This document shows positions 43,579 through 58,729 of a stretch of DNA of 64,000 nucleotides, piece after piece. Position 1 is the stretch's first letter, and the number at the start of each line of letters is the position of its first letter. The notes beneath the pieces are model-generated. The model did not search any database and was not told the DNA's origin. It was given only the letters and a program-made list of their open reading frames with translations. The DNA comes from Octopus vulgaris (taxonomy: Eukaryota), in NCBI GenBank assembly GCA_951406725.2, contig OX597816.1, positions 32,426,001 to 32,490,000 on the forward strand, written 5' to 3'. Position numbers and translations under genes: made by a program.

Positions 43579-44779
43579 TGTTTGACAAAATGATGGAAGC
43601 ACCTGCCATCATAGTACCATAATTTTGAAATATCTATAAAACTGTCAAATCTTTTTTTTATTTTTATGCGTTTTGATTTATCATAGGTTATTATTGATTT
43701 TTTATAAAAGGTATTTAAAATTCCTTAAAATGGGCAGATCTATCGGACTTTCAGACAGGTCAAATTTTTGGTGCCCGGATCGCAGGTGCTAGCGTAACGA
43801 AAAGAGCCGAAGCGTTTGGTGTATCAAGAAGTACTGTCGCGAAAGTAATGACAGCCTTTGAGAAGGAGGGGAAAAACTTCCTTATCGAGACACAACTCCG
43901 GAAGAAGACCAAAACATTCAGACAGGAACCGTCGCACTCTTATGCGAATTGTAAAATTATCCCCAAACTACAGCTCCGAAAATTACTGTAGAGCTTAATG
44001 ACTACATTGGAAACCTACTTTCCACAAAAGCTGTTTGCCGGGAGCTGCACAAGGTCGGAATTCACGAACAGAAAAACACTAATTTTAAAAACAAACGTTG
44101 CAAAGCGTTTACAGCGAAGTAAAATCCTACGGAATTAGTCCTTAGAGCAAAGGAAGACAGTTATTTTCCCAGACGAGTCATTCCGTACCTTACTTTCAAT
44201 TATCAGCCGAGTATACGTGTAGTGAAAGCCAATAAAATCATTTGACGCATTCTGTTTTCTTCTAACAATTAAACATGTAGGTGGTTCAGTGATGATCTGG
44301 CGGACTATATCTTGGAAAACCACCAGCCCAATGGTTTCCCTTTATGGCAGAATTAATTTCAAGACTATTTTAGCACTTTATCTAACCAAATTCATCCTAT
44401 GCTTGCAGATCTGTTTCCGGAAGGAAACGCAATCATTCAGGGTTATAATATATCAATTCACAGAGCTAAACATTTTACTGAATGGCACGAGGAACATTCT
44501 AGTGAAGTTGAAGATTCTTATCTGGCCATCGCAGTTCCCAGAACTCAATATTATTGAACATTTATTGTGTATTTTTGAAAAAACAAGTAAGGAGTCAATA
44601 TCCCCCACCATCATCACTACAAGAACTAGAGATTGTTTTATCTGAAGAATAGACAAAATTTCATTTGGGAATAATTCATAGAATTCAAGCTGTAATTACT
44701 GCTAAATCCGGTCCTACCCCAACTTAAAAGAAATTTGTTAGAAATTTTAAGGTATTTCCATTATTTTGTCAATTCCCTG
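43576..44779 (+). mobile_element. Tc1-like DNA transposon, near full length, with decayed transposase
   Basis: TIRs GGTGTTTGACAAAATGATGGAAGCACCT / AGGTATTTCCATTATTTTGTCAATTCCCTG. Peptides DLSDFQTGQIFGARIAGASVTK.AE.FGVSRSTV.KV, VIFPDES, GGSVMIW and WPSQFPELNIIEHL. Confidence 0.9.
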
Positions 44780-44780
44780 T

Positions 44781-44833
<53 letters not shown>

Positions 44834-46193
44834 TACACAGTATCAGTGCATCCTGGCGTCGCCGCGGCGTTATGACCCGTAGGCACATCGTATTATTTAT
44901 TCCTTTGTTATGGAGAGATTTAGCACAGTTGATATAAATTCATATACGGTTCTATCTCATGATGTAACGTAATATATATGTAGGACGTTTGTAGAACACT
45001 GAAAATAATTTATATGTGCTTGGTTCTAAATAGACAACAAAATTCTATCAAGATCTAAATTTGGAATCCCTGTTAACTTTCACTCACAATCTTCCTCACA
45101 TTCAGGTTCTTTTAAATATGAATCTGCATCTCTGACGGACACATACTCTACCTCAGGTAAACAACTTACAATACGATATCATTTGGTCGATTATTTAGCC
45201 GAGTCCTTTGTTCCAAGGATAAAATGCGCCGTGTTGATTATGCTTCAAATAATATATGTAGAAATATTGTCATAGAACCGAAAAGAAGTATTAAAGAACA
45301 ACATGGACTGTTCTTCCCTTCCTCGTCAATTCTTTAGAACCATTTGAATTACCACAAATCTAAATGCAGTAAGACGAATACCTCTGTATAACTGATATAT
45401 TGTCTGAAACTTAGTTGAGATATAGTTTAAGTTTATTTAATCAAATTAGAACATTTACGTTATCTTATTTTATTTTAATCATCTCTGTTAACAAATTATA
45501 CGACAATTAATTCCCAAGCGACCGCTTGTTATTCTTTCTCTCCTCTCCAATTATATAATTTATATATTACTTATATAAATTACACATTAGTTAAATTAAA
45601 GTAAATTAAGATATTTATTTTATGTGAGTTATTGATATACTCTATCATAACTTTATGTTTGTGTAGCATAGGTACGCACAGATCTCTATAAACATTTATA
45701 CTATTCCACCATCTGTCTCTCCTTCTATCTCTCATCCCCTCGCTTTCTCTCTTTCCAGTTTCTCTCCCCTCTCAGTTGTTCTGTATGAGTGTCTGTCTCT
45801 CTTTCTCATTCTCTTTAGCGATATACAAAAAAATATATCACGGAATTGAAGGGTCAAGGACCGACACCTTTTACCGCGTGCTGGAGAATGACAGACAGAG
45901 TCTCTTCAAACTGCATTTCCGCGGTAGATTTAAAGAGTAATAGTTTCACGTATGCGACAGATCTGACCCAGAGCACATTTCGAACGCATACAAGAAGGAG
46001 AGGAAAAAATGAGATGGTGATCAAAGATTTCAAAACATATCATAAGTAGTGAAAGCAACACCGATTATAGCTGAGAATGGTTTGCAACTACCCTCTGAAA
46101 AAGAGAAAGTACACGAAGAGACCTGGGTTATAAAAAATAATCTGCCCCTATAGATTTCTTTAACTTCACCAAAGAAACTAAGTTCTAAGATAA

Positions 46194-46242
<49 letters not shown>

Positions 46243-46259
46243 GCTCTCTCTCTCCCAAA

Positions 46260-46680
46260 AGGACGCCTGCTAACAGAAAACCCAGTCATGACAAGTAAAA
46301 TGCTGAACGTAGGCAAGTGAACAAATCAATGGAGTTCCTTGTCATTACAACTGCAGCAAGTGAGGTGGTACATGAGTTAGACGCAAATTCAGGTGCTCTG
46401 GTTGATAAATTCCAAGCAATCCTTCCCAGATAATGCAAAGGAACCTCTGCAAGGACACTTCAGCATCTCTTTCGGTGATTCCTTGTGAGTGGTAAATTCT
46501 CAGGCAAATTAAAGTAGGGAATAATATGAACTAACAATAAATGATGAATCAGACCAGATACTAAAAAAGTATAGGCCTTTCCTTCTGACCTCAGACATCA
46601 GCAAAGTAGAGGAACGACTAGTCTGGAGGAAACTGATTGCGTTCCTGGACTGGAATGTCTTGCTGAAAGACAGCGATCAT
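46260..46680 (+). mobile_element. CR1-clade LINE RT fragment
   Basis: DKFQAIL..CK...ARTLQHLF..FL.SG and YRPFLLTSDISKVEERLVWRKLIAFLD match the CR1 YRPISLTS.ISKV.ER motif. Confidence 0.7.
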
Positions 46681-48083
46681 TGATTTACTCTAAGCACAAG
46701 GCCCAACATTTTCGAGGAGGGGGCCAGTCTATTAGTTCGACTCCAGTACGCAAACGGTACTTAATTTATCGACCTGGAAAGTATGTATTATTAGAAAATA
46801 ACTGGAAAATGAAAGAAAGGAAAACAATGCAGCATACCACTAAATGTGTGAAAGAACTTCACACAAATACGGATACAATATGTTGTGATATTTTCTATAT
46901 TTTATATTAATAATTTATTTATTTATTTATTCATTTAATAAATATTTGGTACTTATCATACTCTTGTTTCCCATATCTACTGTCGGTCATTGCCGTCTTA
47001 AAACAGATTAGCAAGAGGAACTGTGAATTTCATTTCGTACTTGTTTTATGCCTGACTATGAATTAGATGCTAACAATGTTCCATCAAAGCAATTAATATC
47101 TCACGCTAAATTTGGTGAAGCTTATCTGGGTTGTTTCTTTCTCCCTAAATCTTTTAGATGACCTGGTATTTTCCATAATTTTTAAGCATGATTTTACGTT
47201 GATAACAATAATATTTCGGTTTCAAAATTTAAAATAATTTAAGTTATAAGATAAGAAAAAAAAGTATTAGATAAGAAGTAATAATGCCATCTGAAAAAAA
47301 AAAAAAGTTTTACTATATCAGAAAGAGTCTTCTGTTGTATATATCAATACGCACGCTGACAACTCGTAGAATACCTCCAAGTTAATATCAATCATCGAAC
47401 GTATTCGACAGGATATGAAACGTAACTTACATATTAAATACTTGGAGGAATCTTAAAAATGTATGGATATATGTATGCATGTAATATAGTACTTCTATAC
47501 GCATATGTGTATAAATAGTCATAAATACATATACAAATATATGCATATAAATATATTTATATATATGTGGTGTATATAATTATCTTTCTCTCTCTCTATC
47601 TCTCTCTCTCCCTCTATACATATATATATATATTCATTTACTTATATATTTATTTGTATATTTGTATGTGTGGATACATGTATACATGCATTTGTACATA
47701 TTGATGTTTTGTCTATATTTGTATGTATATGTATGTAGCCATGTATAAACGTCTGTATATTTAGAGTATATATGTATATATATATTTTTTGTATGTGTCT
47801 GTTTTGCTAAATGTATATGTATTTTAAGATATCAGTTTTTGTGGAAGTAATTTTTTAAACAGATGTAACTTATAAATTGTTTAAATTTATTATTATTAAA
47901 CTCTAATTATTTACCCTGTGTATTTAGGTTTTTCTTCCTGCTACATAAGCTATTTTTGATTCGAGGTTGTCTTCGATTTTTATAATAGTATTATTTTAAA
48001 TTGCAATTGTAATATCATGCAACCAGTTATTAAAAATTACAGTTAGTTGATAGGAGCAATGAAAGAAAACTATATTCAAATAG

Positions 48084-48448
48084 CAATAATAAATCTCTGA
48101 ACGAGATATAAACAGTAACCGCTCGACAACGTAAGGTTTACTAGCCATCTGAATGTGGCTAGCCACTGGGGGTGGGGTGTTACTGATGCTTTTAGCCCCA
48201 GGCGATCAACGTCACCAGATGGACTTTAGACACTATCTTATTGCCCTTGTGTTATTTGCAAAGGGAGGTCATCCTCCCTCGAAGACCTAAGTACTACATA
48301 CGGACTATAGTTTCAAGGTAATTGCCTCTCGTCACTGAGATAGTGTCTAAAGTCCATCTGGTGACGTTGATAACCTGAGGCTAAAAGCATCAGTAACACC
48401 ACACCCCCAGTGGCTAGCCACATTCAGATGACTAGTACACCTTTCGTT
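48084..48448. mobile_element. Long hairpin insertion (~113-bp inverted arms) bounded by a 13-bp direct repeat
   Basis: 48128-48240 is the reverse complement of 48336-48448 with few mismatches. TATATTCAAATAG occurs at 48071-48083 and 48448-48460. Confidence 0.8.
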
Positions 48449-48539
48449 ATATTCAAATAGTTTTTAAAAAACAGCTCAGTAATAATTTATCTTTCTTATG
48501 CAGTCATCCCGTTCCTAATATCACTTTAACCTATATACA

Positions 48540-49400
<861 letters not shown>

Positions 49401-51229
49401 ATCAACAACAAAACGAAGTTCTCAGAATTGAAAAAAAATTCATAGTGTATACATCCATGCATTATGTGTATGAGTATGATCACATAGAGAAATTCACTCG
49501 TATATAGACACGATTTTTAATAGACACACATAGTTGCTTACGTATTTGACTTAATATTTATATGTATAATTGTATGTGTTTCTGTGAGCACACGAGTGTA
49601 TGAATAGTATTTTCAGTTTTAAATAATAATTAGATTTGATGAAATGTGTGATGTATTAAATGTAAGAAAAATTAATTAACTAATCTAAAATTAATTTCCG
49701 GATGCAAGCCACCAAAACTTTAATTAAGTAATTCTAACTTCAATAATTGAAGTTCTATACGAAATACACGGCTATAATACTTGAAGATTTCGAAGTCAAT
49801 TTGATTATAAGAAATCTGATAAGTAGATATTTATTTCAGTGTACTAGTAGTAAATGACTCCACTGATGGAATATTCTGTCTGCTAATGAATGCGTTCTGT
49901 TTCTGAGATGTATTTAGAAAAGACAGCTCAAAGCATGTTTATGATAGAATCTCTGCCGCAGATCCATCTGATGATCAAGATTTAGATGAGAGCTTCTTTA
50001 TCTTCCGAAAAACTTGTTTCATTTAAGCTCTATTATAAATTATTAGGCACACAATATCATTCCAGTTGATATGATCCAGAAAGTTTAGTCATACTTTTCT
50101 TCCTTTTTGAGACAAAATATTTACAATGACTTTCAAACAACCTTGAATCGGTGTGTATATCAGAGCCACTATATCAGTCAGCGATTATCTGCCATTTGAA
50201 GATAACAAATAATGTTTTCAGAAATATGTTGATCCTGTTTCTAATACTATTTTTTGGTTCTTTCTATTATGACGCATATTATTTGTCGCAAGCTTCACTA
50301 CATGATTAATTTGCCAACATTAGAAAATAAATTATGGATATTAGGAGAACAGTTTATGCACGTTCGTTGTTCTGTCTCAATTTAATAAAATCGTAATAAT
50401 AATATATGTCTAAGCAACATTATGGTAGAGTTCAATCCAAATGTACCTGATATCCCTTGAATGAACAATAAAGTTGAATAGTGCAACACAGCTTTCTAAC
50501 AAATTGGTTCCTACAGATATGTGCCACATATGTTTAAATCAACAGATTCCCAAGTTGCAATGTGCTGAATGAAACCAAATTAATCCAGGTTAACTTTTAT
50601 CAGAATATAACAGACCGATTTTCATGTATGAAAGCAGAAGTGTAAAATTAAATATGCAATACACGTGAAGTAGTTTTCAAAAAAAAAACACTGTGCGATA
50701 TGAATCCACCATGGAATACTCTATATGAAATATAAGCATACACAACAGATATTGCACATTTTTCACTGGAAATATTTCTCATTTGCTATTTCAATTCACG
50801 TAACAGAAATATCATTGTTTTGAACTATACAATAATATAACGATATAATGACATAACTAAATATATTCGAGATAGTTCTAACTCATTCATTTAAAATACT
50901 CCCAGTAAGAAGTGGATTAGAATCGTTGAATTGTACATAATAATTTTAACAATAATAATAATCAGTATCTACACTTACTCTCAGCTATGGCATGAAGAAA
51001 TTGGCTTCACATCAAATGGTTTCGGGGTGAGTGCTCTACTGCATATTGCGCAAATGCATATAAAGGTAAAAAAGTGGAAGCGCTTGGCCAACCAATATAC
51101 ACACACATATACGCATACACACCCGGCGTCCAGCCGCGACGATACTTCCGCTCTGACTGTCTTTCTGGCCTGGCCTTTCAAGGTAACTGGACGACATTCT
51201 TCCTGCTCCCCTGTCGTTCACAAAAAATT

Positions 51230-52481
51230 CTGCGTTTGCAATACTTTTTCGTTCGGCGTCAACAGCCCTTCTTATCTTGTTTTTCCCTGTCCTGTCTTTT
51301 ACTGTTTATATTTTTGTACTGTCGTTACTGTCCTGTTTTTTACCATTTTTTAACCATTTTTTACCCCTCTGCGAAAAGATCTCAGAATTTTAATTGATTT
51401 GCTTTTCGCAGGAAGGAAAGTTTCTTGTTGAAGATACGTCTCGCTTTTATCCTTCGAAACGTAGAGTAGATGAAACCATAGCAACTAAAGAAGGGGTTTT
51501 TTCTTTGTGTTAATTGTCCTGTACTCCATTTTTTGTTGTTTTTAAAAAATTGTCCAGTTCCTTTGGTTTGTGTCTATGTTTTCGTTTCTCTTTGTGTTCG
51601 ACGTCCCTTTGGTGTCCTGTACTCATATATGCGTGAATATGTACATGTAGTGGTAGGTACGTACATATATGTTTATATATATGCATATGATTTATTTCAT
51701 TTATTATATATATATAGATGAAACTTACTTGGTAAAGGATGTGTGATGTTCGACCATATAATAATAATATAAATAAGATATAAATATATGCATATATACA
51801 TACATATATGTTCATACCTACATGTATATGTATATATGCATACATATATGGGCATAGGACATCAAATAAAACGTAGACACAATGAGAAACGAGAATATAA
51901 AAACAAAAATATAGATAACGAACTTTTTTCGAACATCGAAGAAAACAGAGAAACGAAACATGCAACATAAATAAAATTCTCTTCATCAGTCCTCCACAGT
52001 TTCTTCTACACCGTGTTACGAAGGTAAGGACAAAGTGCTACTTCCTTAAAACATTTCTTCCAGCAAAGTGGAAGGTGAAAGTAGTAATAAAAACGGGACA
52101 GTGAGAACAAAACTGCAAAAACAAACGGTGAGGGTTGTTAAGTCAAGAAAATGTGAAGTTGTGAACGCTGCAAAGACGAGGTTTGAGAAGAGACAGATAA
52201 AATCACGTCTTATATTTAGAAGTCATGTGTGAGTAACGAGAGATTCAAGGAGGAAGAGTGAGTGAGAGAGCAGAAACGGTTATGGGGAGAAGAGAAGAAT
52301 AGGGAAAGGGTGGGAGAGAAAAACACTAAGGAAGTTGGACAAGAGAGGGAAATAAATAACCAGTAAATAGATAGAACAAGAGTGCACATCGTAACTATTA
52401 AGATAAAACTTACTTACTTGGAAAAGGATGCGTGGCGTTCCATCATATAATGATGTAAATAATTTATACATATATGCATAT

Positions 52482-52527
<46 letters not shown>

Positions 52528-52920
52528 ACATGCATATATGTGTAGAGGACATAAAAACACAATGAGAAACGAGAACATAAAAACAATAACATAGAAACCA
52601 AACATTTTTGCGAACAACGTAAAGACAAAGAGGAAAACGAGACATGCAACATAAAGAATATTCCCCTTCATCAGTTGTCTCCTGTTCTATCTACTCCGCG
52701 TTTAGAAGGTATCGACAAGACGCGACTTCGTTGAAACATTCCTACCCGCAAAGCAAATTGCGGAGGGCAAAAGTGGTTAAAAAGAACAGGGGAGAGAGAG
52801 AGAGAACAAAACAGTAAAAACAAACGGTGAGGATTTTTAAGCCAAGAAGATGTGAAGTGGTGAACGCTGGAAAAACGAGCATTGAGAGGAGTCAGATAAA
52901 AGCACGTCTTGTGTTTAGGA
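51230..52920. repeat. Three related ~500-700-bp units: one on + (~51230-51715) and two in tandem on - (51717-52225, 52402-52920); Penelope pLTR-like
   Basis: Shared blocks AAACTTACTTGG.AAAGGATG, CAATGAGAAACGAGAA.ATAAAAACAA, CTTCATCAGT, AAAACAAACGGTGAGG and CAGATAAAA.CACGTCTT. Confidence 0.75.
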
Positions 52921-53215
52921 AAATAAATGGAAGAAAGAAAGATGGATAACAGCCAAAAATTAGTTTGCCATTACTTTCATAGATTTATCATTTCATATTT
53001 TCTTATTAAGAGTATCAACTTACATCGCAACTGGCTTGTGATAAAGTTTTACGGTGCAGATTTTTAAAATTTCTGATCAAATTATCATGCAATGTTTACT
53101 GAGGATTTCTTACTTGCTTTGAGTTCAACGCTGGTTTACATTCTTTCTTGTTTCTAAATCTGGCCTACATTAACAACAGTACGAAGAATAACATCACCAT
53201 CAAGAACAATGTTGA

Positions 53216-53220
53216 TAATG

Positions 53221-53311
<91 letters not shown>

Positions 53312-53477
53312 CAACAACAATAATAATAGTGAAAATAACAACAACAATAACGATAATAATAATAACAACAATGATAATAATAATAATAATAATAACAGCA
53401 ACGATAATAATAATAATAACAACAATAATAATAATAATGATAATTATAATAATAATGATAATAACAACAACAACAGC

Positions 53478-53545
<68 letters not shown>

Positions 53546-53755
53546 TGATAATAATAACCATAATAAAATACTTGGAATGATCAAAACAGGAACTGAAAAT
53601 AATAATAATAATAATAACGGTTTCAAAATTTTCCACTACAGCAACAATTTTGGGGAAGGGGATAAGACAATTTCATCGACCACTGTGTTTCACTGGTACT
53701 TAATTAATCGAACCCTAACATTTTAAAGGCGGAATTTGGACTCAGAACGGAGCAA

Positions 53756-53812
<57 letters not shown>

Positions 53813-53827
53813 CTACAACAACAATAA
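53216..53827. repeat. (AAT)n/(AAC)n microsatellites with an intervening SINE fragment
   Basis: Directly visible. A minus-strand Deu/Nin-type SINE remnant lies at about 53625-53750. Confidence 0.9.
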
Positions 53828-54940
53828 TTTTGTGTCACAGTATATGTTTATGTGTTGTTTCAAAGGGAATCAATTGGTGCTACATCAACTGGAGGAAGTA
53901 AAATGTTTTGTTTTCTGGGAAAAGTAAACGAAATAATGTCTTCCGATAAATATTCAGCAGCTTCATTAGGAGAAGTATGATACCAGATTTGCAGCATTTG
54001 CGAAATCGTACTGCGATTCTACTTGTTCTCGTGATACTATATATGCATGTAGTATCTGAGCAGAAAAACCTGCTCTTCATTTATTGCTTTGTCGTCATTT
54101 GCATAGATTTGTTGCCGCTATAATTCAATTTTTACGAAACCGCACGTTGCTTAATTTCATTTGGTAAAAAAACACCTTTTCTTATAAGAACATAAGCACT
54201 TTTACTAGCATGGCTCTTCAGCCAATAACACAGCAAAAAATGTATTCCAGTTTCTTATCTTTTATGATATTTTTTCACACTGCAATTTTTTGCTCAACAA
54301 ATTTTATTATCGCTTCATATTATCGTTTTACACTTCTGCAATGTCTGAACTTCCAGTTTTATCATTTGATATCTTAACAACTTCCCATAGCAAGAAATAA
54401 AAATGATTTTTCTATATAAATGAAAAGTGGCTGTGTATTCCTCTTTGACAGATATCAAAATTTATATTTTATTCCCTCATAGAAACAGTTATATTTTATT
54501 TACTAATATAAACAGTTCTTCCAAATTTAAATAATAATTGCTTAAAACAACTATTAGGAATGGCAAATTTTGCATAACAGTGTTTAGTCTGTCGTCACCG
54601 ATTTCATTAATGAGTCAAACGAAAGCAAGAAACAACGACCAGCTCTAAATCATACAGGTAAACCAGAAGTGAACAAAATACATGAAATAAGAGAAAATGT
54701 AAAATAAAATAACGTCAAAAATCGTAAGTGCTCTGTATCTACGAAATCAAAAACAAGAATCAAAATAAAAATAAACATCAGTACATAAGAATGTTGTACA
54801 CGCATACATACATGCATATTGACACACATATACTAGCAAACACAAATGTGTTTATATGTCAAATTATATATGAAGATTGTTTAATATCTAACTGGATTAT
54901 TATTCAATAAGTTTAGTAAAGTACACATCTATTACACAAG

Positions 54941-54982
<42 letters not shown>

Positions 54983-55087
54983 ACAAGTGAATATATACAT
55001 ATATATATATACCACAAATATGTATATACTTTATCTTTTTTCTTTTATCTCTCCCTGTCTCTGTATATATTTATATATGTACGTAAG

Positions 55088-55156
<69 letters not shown>

Positions 55157-55961
55157 TAGGCGGTGCCCCAGCAAGGCTGCAAATCAATTACGAAAACAAA
55201 TACGAAGCATGCAAAAGATCACATTAAAAATCACGAAATTTGTTCAGTTTGAAAGCAATAGTTTTGAAAAAGAAAAGAAGACGAGACGGAAATATTTACT
55301 TGATGTTAAACGCCTCGGCTTCCACGATAGAAGACACAAACACTCAAACATGCTTGCACACATATACATTTATACACGCATGTGGGCGATCAAAAGAGCA
55401 ACACACACACACATTCAGCTACACAGATATACCAATTGAATAGTGTAGCAAATGTTCATCTGAATGTGGATTTCATTTTATTTTTGATGGATGAGAACAA
55501 GGATGGAACGCAATACACGTTTCACTAAACTAACACTGTATTTACCACTACATTAATCAATAATGCGTGTTCTTTGCTTGACAGAAGAGGGTTTGACTTT
55601 CAAGCGTAGTAGCTGCTATGTTTGCTGATTTACTCGAACATATAGATATCAATTTGTTTATTCAAAATAAAAGAAATAAATTTAGTGTTTCAAGTGAAAG
55701 TTTTTGGTAAACAGATTTTTCGGGTACTATTTCGTACGCTTCCTGGTTTCAGACATTGAATTGCAGTTACGATGCGTAGAAAGATAAATAGGTTTAACCT
55801 AACAATACAACTTGCGATTAATATCATATTTTACGTATAATATATTTATCAGTAAGAATGTTTTTACCGATCATTTCTGCTTTATGATCGCAAGCAATCC
55901 AAACTTGATTGAAATGCACTGCCCCAAAATATGAAGTTTTATTATACATGTATACACACAC

Positions 55962-56031
<70 letters not shown>

Positions 56032-56043
56032 GTACCTACATAT

Positions 56044-56352
56044 CACCGTGATCACCGTGACCGACCAGGCTATCAGATGTTGCTACACATCGCTTGTCAA
56101 AATGTGCTTCGCAGTGTTTTAGACTTCAAATGACGCCACCCGGTGGCTAAGCGAGCAGGCCAACAGAAGAAAGAGTGAGAGAAAATTGTGGCGAAAGAGT
56201 ACAGCAGGGATGACCATCCCCACCCCTGCCGGAGCCTCTTGGAGATTTAGGTGTTTTCGCTCAATAAACACACACAACGTCCGGTCTGGGAATCGAAACC
56301 GCGATCCCACAACCGCGAGTTCACTGCCCTAACCACTGGGCCATTGCGCCAT
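56044..56352 (-). mobile_element. tRNA-derived SINE with 13-bp TSD
   Basis: Head GGCGCAATGGCCCAGTGGTTAGGGCAG..GGTTTCGATTCCCAGACCGG. TSD TGTACCTACATAT at 56031-56043 and 56353-56365. Confidence 0.9.
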
Positions 56353-56639
56353 TGTACCTACATATATATATGTATATATACCTGCTTATATATGTTCAGG
56401 ACATTAAAAAACGTAGATACATTGATAAACGAGAACATAAAAAAACAAAACATAGTAAACAAACTTCTGGCAGCATTGTTATTATCTCAATTTCAAGCAG
56501 TAATTGTGGAATGTCTAGTTTTTCTTATTCTACGTCTGGGATTATTCTGTTACAGAAAAGATATTTTCCTTCCAACATGATTTTGACTGTTGATTTTTGA
56601 CCGTGGGATCTTGTTTTCTTTCAATGCGCTTATTTTAGT

Positions 56640-58330
56640 TCTAGTTCAACAAGGTCTCAACTATCATCTCACATAGAATGGTGCATTACGTCAATAACCT
56701 CTTTAGCTTGGTGCATTTCTCCTTGCTTGCATTTACCGTATTTTTACCGAGCTGCTTCAGATCCCTGATCATCCACCTGATGGTGCTGAGGATTAAATTG
56801 CTGATGGTACTACCAGTGTGTTGTTGGCTTCAAATTTGTCAGAATCATTCAGGTCTATTCTGAGTATCAATCTGACTTCTACATAAATTTCTCTCCTAAT
56901 ATTTTCCCTTCATTCAGATGTATTGTGTGCAATTACTTTCATTTATAGGAAGGTATATATAGGTGCCATCAGGTTCTAATTCCTTTATGACTTTACTGAT
57001 CAATTTCTCCACATCTGAACATAACTTTTCAAGGTTAATACCCATAAAAATGATTTCATCGGTGACGGTTATCACCATGTTGAAGTGTTCTGTTTCTTGG
57101 CTGACTTTTTCAGCAAAGTTGTTGAAATCGCCAATATAAAATAGTTGCTTCGGTTTCTTCGTCACTGTTTGATGACTATAGCATTAAGTACAATGCAGAA
57201 TACTTCTCTTGATCTAGTTTAATTTTTCATAGCATATGTGGAGGGTACGTTCATCCGAGTTCTGATGAAGTTAGAGATTTGTGGACGGATCACATACATT
57301 TCAATATTCTCTGCAACCCAGGTATGGAGAACACTGTCAAGAGGTTTCTTGTAGTCCTCCCTATGCTGTGCAAATGTGCGCTCTTATAAGCGTTAGTTCT
57401 TTCAATAGGGTTTGTAGATTAGCTGTTGATCCCTGCATGTATAGCCTTCTTTTCGGCACTGTTTTTGTTCACTTCTATATTTAAGAGATAAGGATTTATG
57501 TGCATTATTTACATTATTTGAATTGTTTACATTCAACAGATTTTTGTCTTCACCTTGTCTTCACGTTTCGATGATATACACCCCAGCCTCCTTCAAATCA
57601 AACCCCAAGATTCCGAGTTCGATTCCAAGCAGTGACTTGAACGACAACAACAACAACAACAACAACGACAACGACAACAACAGCAACAGCAGCAACAACA
57701 AAAATAATAATACTTATACCATCGAAAAATGACTTAGGGATGAGAAACATAGTTCGTGTCTGCAAATTTAGACGTGAGGATCTTCTATATGGTGGGAAGG
57801 TAGGTAATTTTAAGCCTGTGAAAATTTTAGCTTGTAGTCTCCCCGGCCTCAGGGAGGAGGTAGGTTATTCCTTCTAGGAGGGGAATATGGGCCTTTCAAT
57901 ATGCTATTAAATGTCAAAGCAAAGAACTTATGTGTGTTAACTAGATTCTTAATACAAATTTCTCAGTTCATTGCACCCCACTAGTTTACATTTGCCTGTA
58001 TCACTGATAGCGTATATACTTTCTTATAGTTGCATATCTATCCAGAGTTAGGCTTCATCTTCCATATTAAGGTTTTACTTCTTTCTAGAATCAATTTGTT
58101 CTTATTATGGATTTTCATCTGCACCAAATACTGCTCTTGAGATTTTCCAGTCCATGGTTGGCTTAAATCTATTTCCTCCTTCTGAAAATTTGTGAGTAAC
58201 TACTTAGCACATTCTTTGAAAATCTTGTGTTTAATAGAATTGGATATTTTATCAAAGGCCTGATCCTTTCTGCTTTGCGTCTTTTAGACACTTTCTTTCT
58301 TTTGCCATTTAGAGTTGACTTCTTTTAATG
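56640..58330 (-). mobile_element. Degraded R4/Dong RLE LINE (RT region), interrupted by a short tRNA SINE at ~57600-57755
   Basis: EGITYLLP...ET..N....ITYLPTI*KILTS; EQKQCRKEGY.CRDQ.LI; DYKKPLDSV.HTWV; IKELEPDGTY.YL.INES. Confidence 0.75.
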
Positions 58331-58387
58331 TTTCATTGTTATCAGTCGTTTTCATTGTGCAGGTTTTCATATTTACCTTTCCTAGTT

Positions 58388-58402
58388 CTGCTGCTGCTGC
58401 TG

Positions 58403-58486
<84 letters not shown>

Positions 58487-58655
58487 TTAAGAAGGTCACT
58501 TAAGGTTTTTTTAAAGTTGAATGAAACATTCACGTTTCCAGATTTATTTAATACTACTATTACTAATACCACCACCACCACCATCACTACTACTACTGCT
58601 GCTGTTACTGCTGCGGTTGCTACTTCTACTAGTACTACTACTGCTACTACTACTG
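58388..58655. repeat. (GCT)n(ACT)n microsatellites within a short tandem duplication
   Basis: Directly visible. Confidence 0.9.
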
Positions 58656-58729
58656 AGAAGGTCACTCAATAAACTTTGTTCAAATATGAACGAAACATAG
58701 ACGTTTACAGATTTATTTAATATTTTCCC

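Noticed and set aside
44820-45950. Possible non-autonomous Helitron with a GC hairpin near 44850
   Set aside because: The termini could not be verified and there is no coding relic.
49860-50330. Possible ancient LINE fragment on the minus strand (IKKLSSKS*SSDGSAAEIL)
   Set aside because: A single weak motif is too little to annotate.
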